Numbered from the stretch's first letter, positions 16,657 through 26,509 are shown. The stretch is 32,000 bases of DNA from Caedibacter taeniospiralis (GCF_002803295.2 NZ_PGGB02000012.1:6364-38363); one strand, 5' to 3'. Program-made: numbers and translations. The notes: generated by a model from the letters alone, not told the origin.

Positions 16657-17750
16657 ATTTTCCCCATTTTGCCCACTTTGCTTTTGACGGCGAAAATCTG
16701 TCCGTTATATTGCTTTAAAATGAAAAGCATAACACCTGCAAAAACAAAATGCACCCACCAAAGTCCAATCCAGCCAGGGATGTTGCCATTATTTAACCAT
16801 GACTTAGATAGTGAGAGGAGGTTAAAGTAAATGATAAAAACCAGGAGAGCTGGAATAATTTTGTTATAACGACTTTGTCGCGGTCGCATTTTACACATGG
16901 CTAACGCGATAAGGGATGACACCAGGATCGCAATAGGAAAGCTTAGACGCCACTGAAACTCAGCTTGGTAACGAGGATTGTCTGTATTGGTAAGCTCAGA
17001 TGTGGGTACAGCTTCAACCGATGCGTTGTAGTCAAGCGTAACTTTGGATGAAATAAATTGTGTAGCCTGAGCGAACTGTCCTTTTTGTAACTCAGCACTT
17101 CCTGGTCTGGCATCATAGAAATAGCCATTTGCTAACACCAAATATTGATCTCCATTAGCCTCTGTTTGGGCATAACCCGTTGGTGCGGTAATGATGGTAC
17201 TGCCATTATTTGGCTTTTGCTGATAAATAAAAATATCATGCATGGTACCATCACTATCGATGGATTTGGTATAAACCACTTGCTTCCCATCACTAAAAGG
17301 AATAATTTTCCCAGGCTGAACAAAACTGATCAGGGAGTTTTTTGTCGTTGTTTTTTGTACCAGAAAATAGTTTTGATCCATTTTAGGCAATATGGTGATC
17401 GTCAGAATCAGCTCAATGATAAATAAGCTAAGTGCTGGTATAAAAATAAACTTTAGCAGTTGAAACCAGCTGATGCCGCAAGCAAAGATAACCGTGAGTT
17501 CATTATTAGCAAACAGCTTGCCGTAGACTATTAAAATGGCAAAGAAAAAACTAATGGGTAATAGATAGGCAATGTACTTAGGTAGCATGACGGAAATCAT
17601 TTTGAACACCGCTCCTGCTTCGATGTTTCCTCCAGAGGCAATGGATAAGTAACGCACAAACATATTGCTGATGACGATCAAAAGCAAAATCAGAATAATT
17701 GCCATCGTCATATTAACAAGCTCACGGTTTAAGTAACGAAGTAATATCAA
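16653..17750 (-). CDS. lptF: LPS export ABC transporter permease LptF
   Basis: Same YjgP/YjgQ architecture. The track ORF starts at TTG 17768. I prefer TTG 17750, which gives M-ILLRYLNRE like the canonical LptF N-terminus MIIxRYLxRE and has a GAGGA 7 nt upstream. There is no in-frame ATG before the first TM helix. Confidence 0.85.
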   Translation of the reverse strand: MILLRYLNRELVNMTMAIILILLLIVISNMFVRYLSIASGGNIEAGAVFKMISVMLPKYIAYLLPISFFFAILIVYGKLFANNELTVIFACGISWFQLLKFIFIPALSLFIIELILTITILPKMDQNYFLVQKTTTKNSLISFVQPGKIIPFSDGKQVVYTKSIDSDGTMHDIFIYQQKPNNGSTIITAPTGYAQTEANGDQYLVLANGYFYDARPGSAELQKGQFAQATQFISSKVTLDYNASVEAVPTSELTNTDNPRYQAEFQWRLSFPIAILVSSLIALAMCKMRPRQSRYNKIIPALLVFIIYFNLLSLSKSWLNNGNIPGWIGLWWVHFVFAGVMLFILKQYNGQIFAVKSKVGKMGKI

Positions 17751-17998
17751 AAGAGCGTCCTCTATCAAGTCTTTGGTTGATTAATGTAATCGCTATGCCA
17801 AAATCTTAACGCATTTTACATGAATATCCGAGAAAATCAGCGGCGTTGCCAGCGATTTCATTGGAATATTGTGATAGATTGCATGCTGTTTAATAGGGTA
17901 TTTGTTAGAGTTCCTTATTAGTCCGTCATTTTAGTTGGCGTAATCAGCGCAATTTGGTAGATTGCAGCATCAAAAGATAAGTAAAATTAAGGCATAAA

Positions 17999-18994
17999 AT
18001 GATTTTAATTACAGGTGGTACAGGGTTTATTGGTTCACACACCGTGGTTGAATTTTTAACGGCAGGTTTGGAGGTTGTTATCTTGGATAACCTATATAAC
18101 AGCAGCGCAAATATGATTGAACGGGTACAGCAAATAACCCATATGAAGCCCGTATTTGTTAAAGGGGATATTCGTGATGAGCGTACTCTTCAGACCATAT
18201 TTAAGCAATACAAAATAGAAATGGTTATTCATTTCGCTGCATTAAAAGCGGTGGGTGAGAGCGTCTTTAAGCCTTTGGAGTACTATGATAACAATGTTGC
18301 AGGAACACTGAATTTACTAAAGGTGATGCAAGAAAACGGTGTTAAAAAGTTTGTCTTTAGTTCATCAGCAACCGTCTATGGTAATCCAGTGGAAATGCCA
18401 ATTACTGAAAACTGTCCAATTGGTGTGCCAACGAATCCCTATGGCGTGTCAAAGGTGATGGTTGAAAAAGTATTACAAGATATAGCTTTTGCTGACACAT
18501 CATGGTCCATTGCTTTATTGCGGTATTTCAACCCAGTTGGGGCGCATGAAAGCGGTTTGATTGGCGAGTTGCCAAACGGCATTCCAAATAACTTATTGCC
18601 TTATTTAACCCAGGTTGTCAGCGGTAAACTAGCTAAATTACCGGTATTTGGCAATGATTACAACACCCCAGATGGGACATGTATTCGCGATTATATTCAT
18701 GTCGTTGATTTGGCAATGGGACACTTAAAAGCCTACGAATATATCAAAGCTAAAACAGGTTGCTTTGTGTGGAATCTGGGTACTGGCAACGGCTATTCTG
18801 TACTTGAGGTGATCAGCGCATTTGAACAAGCCACAGGCAAAAAAGTGCCTTTTGAAATAAAACCAAGGCGTATGGGTGACATTGATGAATGTTGGGCTGA
18901 TTGTAGTAAAGCCAAAGTTGAGCTCAACTGGCAAGCAACAAGGGACATTCATCAAATGATGATTGATAGCTGGGGCTGGCAAAATCGTCAGTAA
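17999..18994 (+). CDS. galE: UDP-glucose 4-epimerase
   Basis: MILITGGTGFIGSHTVVEFL (Rossmann GxxGxxG), SSSATVYG, and YGVSK (catalytic YxxxK). 331 aa. Confidence 0.93.
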   Translation: MILITGGTGFIGSHTVVEFLTAGLEVVILDNLYNSSANMIERVQQITHMKPVFVKGDIRDERTLQTIFKQYKIEMVIHFAALKAVGESVFKPLEYYDNNVAGTLNLLKVMQENGVKKFVFSSSATVYGNPVEMPITENCPIGVPTNPYGVSKVMVEKVLQDIAFADTSWSIALLRYFNPVGAHESGLIGELPNGIPNNLLPYLTQVVSGKLAKLPVFGNDYNTPDGTCIRDYIHVVDLAMGHLKAYEYIKAKTGCFVWNLGTGNGYSVLEVISAFEQATGKKVPFEIKPRRMGDIDECWADCSKAKVELNWQATRDIHQMMIDSWGWQNRQ

Positions 18995-19061
18995 TTAAAA
19001 GAATTGTACTTCCTTGTAATCTCTGCCACTATGCAGCAATGACTTTAAAAGCGAAACTTGC

Positions 19062-21434
19062 ATGTTATACCACACAATTAACTTCAAAAGACGCTTATGT
19101 GCCTGGCTTATCCTCGTGATCTTAAGTTTGTCTGGTTTTGCTTTTTTATTGATACAAGGCTTACCGATAAACACCAATATGCTTGCTCTTTTGCCTGGTG
19201 CTAAGGAATCAGATAGCATTCAAAAAACTGCCGATGGTTTTGCCAATCAGATGGGAAAACAGATGGTGATCTTGGTTGGGAATTCAGATCAGCAAAAAGC
19301 ATTACAAGCCTCGGATATATTCACTTTCAAACTTAAGCAATCGAATGACTTTAGCGTGGTTACTAATGAGGTAAGCACAAATGAACAAGAGGCCTGGGGG
19401 CAATTTTATTTTCCCTATCGCCTATCCTTACTCTCAAGCTCTGATACACGTTTAATGGGAGGTCATGAATTTGATAAAATTGAGCAAGAAGCGCTATCTA
19501 ATCTCTATAACCCAATGGGAATCACCAATTCGAGACTTCTTGAAACCGACCCGTTTTCGCTATTTCAGCGTTTTATTCTTGAGCTACCTAAACCCTCTAA
19601 CACGCTTGAGTTATATCAGAATCATCTTATGACGGAAAGCGATGGCATCTGGTATAGCATGATCAATGCGACCTTGAAGGAGGGTAGCTTTTCACTCTCT
19701 AATCAAAGTAAAATCACTGATTTATTGGCAAGCACGCAAACTGAGATTCAAGAGATATACCCAGAAACCCATTACTTGATGACTGGCATGATCTTCTACG
19801 CCAAAGCAGGCACTGATAGCGCGCATCATGATGTTTCGATTATCGGTGCTGGTTCATTGATTGGCATTATCCTATTGGTACTTATGTGCTTTCGCTCTAT
19901 CTTACCTCTGTTATTGACTCTTTTTTCCAGTGCGATGGGATTTGTGTTTGCCTTCGTAGTAACCTATCTCATCTTTGGTGAGGTGTTTTTATTTACCCTC
20001 GTTTTTGGCGCAAGCCTTATTGGCATTTCGGTGGATTATGCTTTCTTTTACTATGCCGATCGACTTTATGGTGGCAAAAACTGGGATTCACAATCAGGAT
20101 TAAAGCGGATATTCTCAGGTATCACCCTTGGGTTATTCAATGTGATCATTGCCTATGTAATCATTGCGGTTGCGCCTTTTCCAGGCTTAAGGCAACTGGC
20201 AAGTTTCGCTATTAGCGGTTTGTTTATGTCCTATTTAACCGTTGTGAGTCTCTTTCCTTACGTGCTTCGCGCAAAAAACACCACGCATGATTCGATAATT
20301 AATCGCATGTCTAGCGCTTATCTTAGACTTTGGCAAGGTTTATCAGCTGCCAAAATCATCCTCATTTACCTTATCCTTAGTATCATCGTAATAGCCGGTG
20401 TTAGACGTTTACATGTCAATGATGACATTCGTATTTTAGAGTCCACGCCACATGCCCTAAAAAGCAACGAGCAGCAGCTAAAATCAATTATCGATAGCGA
20501 TGTCAGCACCAATTTCGTGATTATTACTGGAGACTCTGGCGATGAGGTGATAGCGCATGAGCATGAGTTTGTACGCTTGATTAAACAGGATAACCCTGAG
20601 ATTGCACACCCAGTCATTGCCATTAGCCAATATTTACCTGATATTAACACTCAAAAGCAAAATTATGACTTGGTGCGCAATAATTTACTCAATGCTCGTT
20701 TGTTAAAATTTTTTGCTGACATTGGCGTTGACCCCAAAGAAGTAGAGCGCATACAGCGGGCACTAAGCTCGATTTCATTTAAACCGCTCACCGTTGATGC
20801 GTGGTTAAACTCGCCTATATCAGAAAATTTAAAATTCCTGTGGATGGGGGAGCTCTATCGTGGAGAGGGAAGGGCTCCACAATTTGCCTCTGTTGTTTTA
20901 TTGTCGCAAAAACTTAATATGACCAGTATCAAGGCGTTAGCTGCGAAGCTCGCTTATGCAGGTTTTATCAATAAAGCCGATGATATTTCGAGTGTTTTTA
21001 AAACATATCGCCAGTATATTGGTTGGCTACTTATCCTTGTTTTTGCTGTCTTGTTTTTATTATTGCTACTGCGTTACCGCAATATTAAAAAAACCTTCTG
21101 TTACTTTATTCCCCCAACCATGGCAACCCTTTTAAGTCTTGCTGTATTCGGTCTCTTTAATGTACCCATCACCTTGTTTAGTATTCTGGCACTCATCTTA
21201 GTGTTAGGAATTGCCGTTGACTATGTGCTATTTTTTGCCGAGACCAGATCGACAACTCACAGCACGATGCTCGCGGTCGCGCTCTCAGCAATCACTACCA
21301 TCTTATCATTTGGTCTGTTGGCATTTAGCCAAACTCCCGTCATTCACTACTTTGGTCTGGCTGTTTTCGTTGGAATCACCAGCGCATTTTTGCTATCGCC
21401 ATTAAGCTCTAACGTAACTTACCGCCCTATTTAA
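19062..21434 (+). CDS. MMPL/RND-superfamily predicted exporter (COG4258-like)
   Basis: 790 aa. An N-terminal TM helix and periplasmic domain are followed by two hydrophobic bundles of about 5-6 TM helices each, separated by a second soluble domain. I recognise the overall layout and N-terminus (...INTNMLALLPG) as the predicted-exporter family. The substrate is unknown. Confidence 0.65.
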   Translation: MLYHTINFKRRLCAWLILVILSLSGFAFLLIQGLPINTNMLALLPGAKESDSIQKTADGFANQMGKQMVILVGNSDQQKALQASDIFTFKLKQSNDFSVVTNEVSTNEQEAWGQFYFPYRLSLLSSSDTRLMGGHEFDKIEQEALSNLYNPMGITNSRLLETDPFSLFQRFILELPKPSNTLELYQNHLMTESDGIWYSMINATLKEGSFSLSNQSKITDLLASTQTEIQEIYPETHYLMTGMIFYAKAGTDSAHHDVSIIGAGSLIGIILLVLMCFRSILPLLLTLFSSAMGFVFAFVVTYLIFGEVFLFTLVFGASLIGISVDYAFFYYADRLYGGKNWDSQSGLKRIFSGITLGLFNVIIAYVIIAVAPFPGLRQLASFAISGLFMSYLTVVSLFPYVLRAKNTTHDSIINRMSSAYLRLWQGLSAAKIILIYLILSIIVIAGVRRLHVNDDIRILESTPHALKSNEQQLKSIIDSDVSTNFVIITGDSGDEVIAHEHEFVRLIKQDNPEIAHPVIAISQYLPDINTQKQNYDLVRNNLLNARLLKFFADIGVDPKEVERIQRALSSISFKPLTVDAWLNSPISENLKFLWMGELYRGEGRAPQFASVVLLSQKLNMTSIKALAAKLAYAGFINKADDISSVFKTYRQYIGWLLILVFAVLFLLLLLRYRNIKKTFCYFIPPTMATLLSLAVFGLFNVPITLFSILALILVLGIAVDYVLFFAETRSTTHSTMLAVALSAITTILSFGLLAFSQTPVIHYFGLAVFVGITSAFLLSPLSSNVTYRPI

Positions 21435-23453
21435 CCAGCGTTTAATAATGAGATCAATGCTTTCAGGGTGGGAGGCAATAAGCCTATCGGCAATGCGGGT
21501 GACATCATCGAAAAGTGCCTGATGTTGACTTAAATCAGCGACTTTGAATTGAATATCCCCTGTTTGATTTTTACCAAAAATGTCCCCATGACCGCGAAGT
21601 TTAAGGTCTTCCTCGGCGATCACAAAACCATCTTGTGTCTGGCGCATAAGTTCAAGCCGTTTTCTGGCCGTATAAGACAAGGGGGACTGGTAGAGAAGGA
21701 TGCAATTACTTTCCTTTTCTCCGCGACCCACACGTCCTCTTAACTGATGCAATTGTGATAAACCCAAACGCTCGGCATTATCGATGATCATAAGATTGGC
21801 ATGAGGCACATCGACACCAACTTCAATCACCGTTGTCGCGACTAAGAGGTCAATTTGATGTGCTTTGAATTGAAGCATAATGTCGGTTTTTTGCTGAGAT
21901 TTCAGTTTGCCATGAATAAGACCAATGCGCGCATGAGGAAGCGTGAGCTTAAGCATTTCAAATAAAGACTCCGCATCCTGCAAGCTCACCAACACTTCTG
22001 AAGTTTCGATTAAAGGGCATACCCAATAGGCTTGACCATTGTTTTGGATATGCTGCCTAAGCCTGGTGATGAGAGCTTCTTTTTTGCTTTGATTTAACAC
22101 ACTGGTGGTAATGGGCTTGCGATTAGGGGGTAGCTCATCAATGATAGATAGATCTAAATCACCATAAACCGTCATCGCCAGTGTGCGTGGTATTGGTGTG
22201 GCAGTCATCACAATTTGGTGCGGCTGCCAGGCATTCACGCGGGCTTTCTCAAGTAAAGCCAGGCGCTGCTCAACGCCAAAACGGTGCTGTTCATCAATAA
22301 TTACAAGTCCAAGCTTTGGATATTCAATGCTTTGCTGAAAAACAGCATGCGTGCCTATGATCACGCAATTATAATGGGCATTAATGATCCCAACTGCCTT
22401 GTTACGCTCACTGGCTGTGAGTTTTTGTGCCACAAAAACAACGGGGATATTAAAATCGTTGAGCCATTTCGATAGGTTGTGATGGTGTTGCTCTGCCAGA
22501 ATTTCTGTTGGTGCCATCATCACGGACTGAAGATTATTTGCTGATGCCTGAATTAAGGCGGCTGCTGCGATAACGGTTTTGCCTGAGCCTACATCACCTT
22601 GTACCAAACGTAAGGTCGGTTTGGCTAAGCTTAAGTCAGTGAATATCTCGTGAATGACGCGCAGTTGTGCCTGAGTTGGGGTGAAGCCCAGTTGTTCAAT
22701 CAGTTGATTTAACCGTGTATTTTGGATATGAATGGGCGCAAAAGGTGTAGACTGATTGGTGATACGTGCTTTTTTGGCATTGAGATTATGCGCCAGCATC
22801 TCTTCTAATGCCAGGCGATATCTTGCTTTACTTGCCAACTGCATGGCTTGACCAAAATGGGTATTTTCAGGGAAGTGAATATGATGTAAAGCAGTGTTGA
22901 TTTCAGGTAACTGATAATGATGTAAAATGCTTTGCGGCAAAGCCTCTTGGAAGATATTGTGTGTTTTTAGCTGTTGGATTAATCGGTAGATTACGCTAGA
23001 GCTAAGACCTTCAATGCTTGGGTAAACAGGAGTGATCTCCCCTGATGGGTTTTGATCTTGATGCGTGATAATTTGCCATTCAGGATGAATGATTTCAATG
23101 CCATGATGATTATGAATGATCTCGCCAAAACAGCGAAGTATGCGTCCTTTCTGTAACAAATTCACTTGGTTGGGATAGAACTTAAACAGGTGCATTATGC
23201 AGGTGCCACTATCGTCGGAAAAATAACAGCTAAGATGTTTTTTGCCATAATCTGAGACATTTACCTGGCGAATAACGCCTTCAATCTGCTGCTTTTGTCC
23301 TGGAGTCGTTCTTGCGATCGCTGTGATAGCGCGCCTATCCTGATAATCTTTAGGTAAGTGTAATAACAAATCACACGAGGTATAAATCTCAGCTTTATGC
23401 AGTTTGCCAAGCGTTGATTTACCCATGCCTTTTAGTGATTCAAGCGCAATCAT
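21402..23453 (-). CDS. recG: ATP-dependent DNA helicase RecG
   Basis: GDVGSGKT (motif I), DEQHRFG (motif II), and QLRGRVGRG (motif VI). The wedge-domain N-terminus is present. I use the ATG at 23453, one codon inside the track TTG. Confidence 0.95.
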   Translation of the reverse strand: MIALESLKGMGKSTLGKLHKAEIYTSCDLLLHLPKDYQDRRAITAIARTTPGQKQQIEGVIRQVNVSDYGKKHLSCYFSDDSGTCIMHLFKFYPNQVNLLQKGRILRCFGEIIHNHHGIEIIHPEWQIITHQDQNPSGEITPVYPSIEGLSSSVIYRLIQQLKTHNIFQEALPQSILHHYQLPEINTALHHIHFPENTHFGQAMQLASKARYRLALEEMLAHNLNAKKARITNQSTPFAPIHIQNTRLNQLIEQLGFTPTQAQLRVIHEIFTDLSLAKPTLRLVQGDVGSGKTVIAAAALIQASANNLQSVMMAPTEILAEQHHHNLSKWLNDFNIPVVFVAQKLTASERNKAVGIINAHYNCVIIGTHAVFQQSIEYPKLGLVIIDEQHRFGVEQRLALLEKARVNAWQPHQIVMTATPIPRTLAMTVYGDLDLSIIDELPPNRKPITTSVLNQSKKEALITRLRQHIQNNGQAYWVCPLIETSEVLVSLQDAESLFEMLKLTLPHARIGLIHGKLKSQQKTDIMLQFKAHQIDLLVATTVIEVGVDVPHANLMIIDNAERLGLSQLHQLRGRVGRGEKESNCILLYQSPLSYTARKRLELMRQTQDGFVIAEEDLKLRGHGDIFGKNQTGDIQFKVADLSQHQALFDDVTRIADRLIASHPESIDLIIKRWLNRAVSYVRA

Positions 23454-23457
23454 CAAG

Positions 23458-24756
23458 CTACCTAAAAAATGAACCTAGTTTATTGCTCAAGGCTTCAGTT
23501 AGTGCTTTTTCAATAATTGGTTGTAAATTTCTCTGTAATTTTTCCTGATCAACCCCTGCGGTAAATTGCTTATTTTGATAGCTAATCATGTAAGGAATGG
23601 ACAGAATTTGTTTACCTGGAATATTGATGCTAAGAGGGTAATGCCACTCTTTAGGTGCAAAGTTGAACATGCCATTTCCCGTAATGCTAAATTCAGCTGC
23701 CTGCCAGTTTATGGACTGAGTCAGTAAATGCTCCGTGCTGATTTCACTCTCAATGGCAAGTGTTTTAAAAGTAGTCGTTTTACTGGGGTCAGCGATGAAT
23801 TTTGCCTGATTAAACAAGGGTAACAATCGTGTTTTAAGCGTTTGAAATGCGCTACCAATTCCATCGCCCTTATCAACAGCGGCAAGTAAACTCTGTGTCG
23901 AATATGCAATGCTATTTAAATCAATCCCAACGAGTTTTCCTTTTTTAGCGTGAATACTCAATTTGACTTGTGGTGCTTGTTGTGGGTTGTTCTGGATGAG
24001 AAAATCAACTGCAAATTGCTGGAGTTGCAACGAAAAGCCATTTAAATCAAGAAGTTTATCAACGGAGATTTCAGGTGCAAAAAAACGACCTTTGGCTGAC
24101 AGCGTGGGCCTTAGCGTAACTTGACTGAGTTTTCCTATTAAAACCTGATCGTTAATGGTTAAACGAATGTTGTTGATACTGTTTATGGGGGAAGCATCAC
24201 TGAGATATAAGTTTGGAATGCTTAAATCAACAGGCTGATCATTTAGATGGGTCTGTAAGCGCAGATCTTTGATTTCTATGGCATCGGTATGTGGAATAAG
24301 GGTGAGTTCGATCAATAGCTGTTGAAGGTTATTCGTAAGCTCAGTGGTTACTTTGTACTGTTGTGTGCTTTCAATTACATTAAGCTTTGGTACATTAAAG
24401 ATATGCCCAGACTGGATTTCAATTCTACCGCTACTCAAAGTAAGAGATTCAAACGGGTTCCTCGGATGAGTTAAAAAATTAACTGGATTGATTGTAATCG
24501 TAGCATTTCGCCAGTAGCTTTTAAATGTGCCATTTTGTGCGTTAATAGCGACCTCTTGAGATCTTAACTGCATTGACCACAGAGAAAAATCCAGCTTGCC
24601 TTGGAAGGTAATGTTAAGATTGCCGTCATTATTTATTTTTTGCGTTATCCAGGCTTTGTGATCATTGGGATTAAATAAAAAAGCAAGCCAGATAAACAGT
24701 AGAATTATAAGAAGCACAAACAGGCTGATCATGCTGAGTAAAATTTTCTTTATCAC
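23458..24756 (-). CDS. AsmA-family protein (short, 432 aa), N-terminally membrane-anchored
   Basis: The N-terminus IKKILLSMISLFVLLIILLFIWLAFLFNPNDHKAWITQKI...LDFSLW matches the AsmA N-terminal signature. The GTG start is preceded by GGAGG at a 6-nt spacing. Its stop lies 4 nt from the recG start. Confidence 0.7.
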   Translation of the reverse strand: MIKKILLSMISLFVLLIILLFIWLAFLFNPNDHKAWITQKINNDGNLNITFQGKLDFSLWSMQLRSQEVAINAQNGTFKSYWRNATITINPVNFLTHPRNPFESLTLSSGRIEIQSGHIFNVPKLNVIESTQQYKVTTELTNNLQQLLIELTLIPHTDAIEIKDLRLQTHLNDQPVDLSIPNLYLSDASPINSINNIRLTINDQVLIGKLSQVTLRPTLSAKGRFFAPEISVDKLLDLNGFSLQLQQFAVDFLIQNNPQQAPQVKLSIHAKKGKLVGIDLNSIAYSTQSLLAAVDKGDGIGSAFQTLKTRLLPLFNQAKFIADPSKTTTFKTLAIESEISTEHLLTQSINWQAAEFSITGNGMFNFAPKEWHYPLSINIPGKQILSIPYMISYQNKQFTAGVDQEKLQRNLQPIIEKALTEALSNKLGSFFR

Positions 24757-24886
24757 ACTGAATTCCTCCAGTTAGTTATATCTCAAATTAAACGTAAAAA
24801 TACCACGAATATATTTGGCTTCATGCCTAATGTTTTCTATTATGTGGGGTCATTGTAACGAATATTCGAATTGCGCCAAGCGGATT

Positions 24887-25198
24887 ATGACAAAAAGTTC
24901 TCTTAAATTATCAAGCCTCTTTTCCTTAAGTCTTCTATTAACAGGATGTGGTCAAATGGGTCCATTATACTTACCGCAAGAAAATGCAAAGTCAAGCACA
25001 TCAGTCCCCAAAAAAACAGAGTCCACAACAGTAATGACCAGCACGCAAGGGCACGAACATCAGATGCTCAATGTATCGGAAACTACGGGTGAACCCGAGG
25101 TTAATAATGCCACAGGAAGCGGCGGCAAAGATGTTGATGCGGATCAGGATCAAGCGATCAACAAAACTAAAAGCACTGAAAATACTAACACCGACTAA
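24887..25198 (+). CDS. lptM: LptM/YifL-like small lipoprotein
   Basis: The internal ATG at 24887 gives MTKSSLKLSSLFSLSLLLTGCGQMGPLYLPQE. That is a lipobox LTGC followed by the G-x-x-GPLYLP motif typical of YifL/LptM (LPAM_2), then a low-complexity Ser/Thr/Asp tail. Confidence 0.65.
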   Translation: MTKSSLKLSSLFSLSLLLTGCGQMGPLYLPQENAKSSTSVPKKTESTTVMTSTQGHEHQMLNVSETTGEPEVNNATGSGGKDVDADQDQAINKTKSTENTNTD

Positions 25199-25212
25199 GA
25201 CAGGAGTTTCTA

Positions 25213-26351
25213 ATGAGAAAAAGGCTAACTGGTGTAGCCGTATTAATGGGGGCAATAAGTGCAACAGTTGCCCATGCAATGAGTCCAAATGATGCCAGGA
25301 TTATGGCGGAAAAATATAAAGCACTAGCAAAAAGTTATGAGGAGCTTGCGCAACATTATGAAGCGCTAACTTATACTCAAGTAGAGACGGGTAGCGCGGA
25401 GGTTCAATCAAATAGTGAAACTCAAACTGGTGCCAAAGAGCAAAGTCAGGATGTAAGGCAAGAAGCATCCTCAGGTACCCCTCAACCAGTGAGTTCTTGG
25501 AATGGGAGCATGCAGTCGCAGTTTGCGCACGTGCCAGAAGCAGTGGAAAAAGCAAGAAACGCAGGAAGTGACGCGCCTAACTCGGCAAGTGTAACGGTCA
25601 GCTCATTGCTAAATAGTTTAAATCTGCCTGAGGGTATTATAAATGATGATGCAATATCTCAAAAGAAACCAAATATTGCCGTGGCAGAGCCGTGGAAGGG
25701 GACAAGTTTCGGGTTGGGCGGGAGTGTTGTCACAGGAAACTCGGCTGCGACTAACTACAACGCCAATGCTAATTTAAGCTATCAGCCGATAGTTCCATGG
25801 CAAAATACTTTGGTGATGAGTTACTTGTATAATCGCGATGATATGCCCAATGGCAAGGGTGTCAAAACGAATAAATTTCAGGGAACCATAACCTCGTCAT
25901 GGAATTTTGATAAACATAACGGCGTCTATGGCAGAGTAAATTATCTTAATGATCAGTTAGATAGCTATAGTTACATACTGTCTGAGTCGGTGGGATACAA
26001 GCGTCAGCTATTTACGAGTGCTGTAATGTCACTAAGTGCTACGGTGGGTCGAAGTTTAACGCAACAGAAGGTCAAGGATACAGGGGAGTTCTCTAATGCC
26101 CTGGGTGTGCGCAGGGAGGTCTGGATTACGTGTGGAATTTTACCGATTTTTCAAGCTTTAAACAAAGTATCTTAGCCAACTGGACGGCAGATAATGCAAC
26201 GAATTATCAAACCAATAGCACACTGTCGATGGAAATTTATAAGAATCTGATTGTACAATTGGGATTCCAGATAAATGGTAACAGTTGGGCAAGTGCAGGC
26301 AAAAAACGCATGAACACGATCACTTCAACGACGATTGCGTATAGTTTTTGA
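25213..26351 (+). pseudogene. DUF481 (YdiY-like) outer-membrane beta-barrel protein with a long N-terminal extension, split into two frames
   Basis: ORF 25213..26175 has a signal peptide ending AHA, a coiled/low-complexity region, then WKGTSFGLGGSVVTGNSAATNYNANANLSY. ORF 26130..26351 is in another frame and carries the missing C-terminal strands (VWNFTDFSSFKQ...STTIAYSF), ending in the aromatic residue typical of OMPs. An AGGAG RBS precedes 25213. Confidence 0.65.
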
Positions 26352-26366
26352 AACACTGAGGGGCTT

Positions 26367-26509
26367 TTGACGGTATCGTAAAGTTTTATTCGAAGATTTA
26401 TCTTACAAAATCTGGGGGAAGCCAGGAACCATCTGGATGACAACATTATTACGTCATCCTCATTCCCACGCTCCCGCGTGGGAACGCATACTTAGACGTT
26501 TACCGTCAA
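26367..26509. repeat. REP/MITE-like palindromic element bounded by 9-bp inverted repeats
   Basis: Terminal inverted repeats are ttgacggta (26367-26375) and taccgtcaa (26501-26509). Internal hairpins are ggatgac-N11-gtcatcc (26435-26459) and ttcccacgc-tccc-gcgtgggaa (26463-26484). Translating the latter gives the SHAPAWER-type string seen in repeat-derived pseudo-ORFs of many gammaproteobacteria. Confidence 0.5.
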
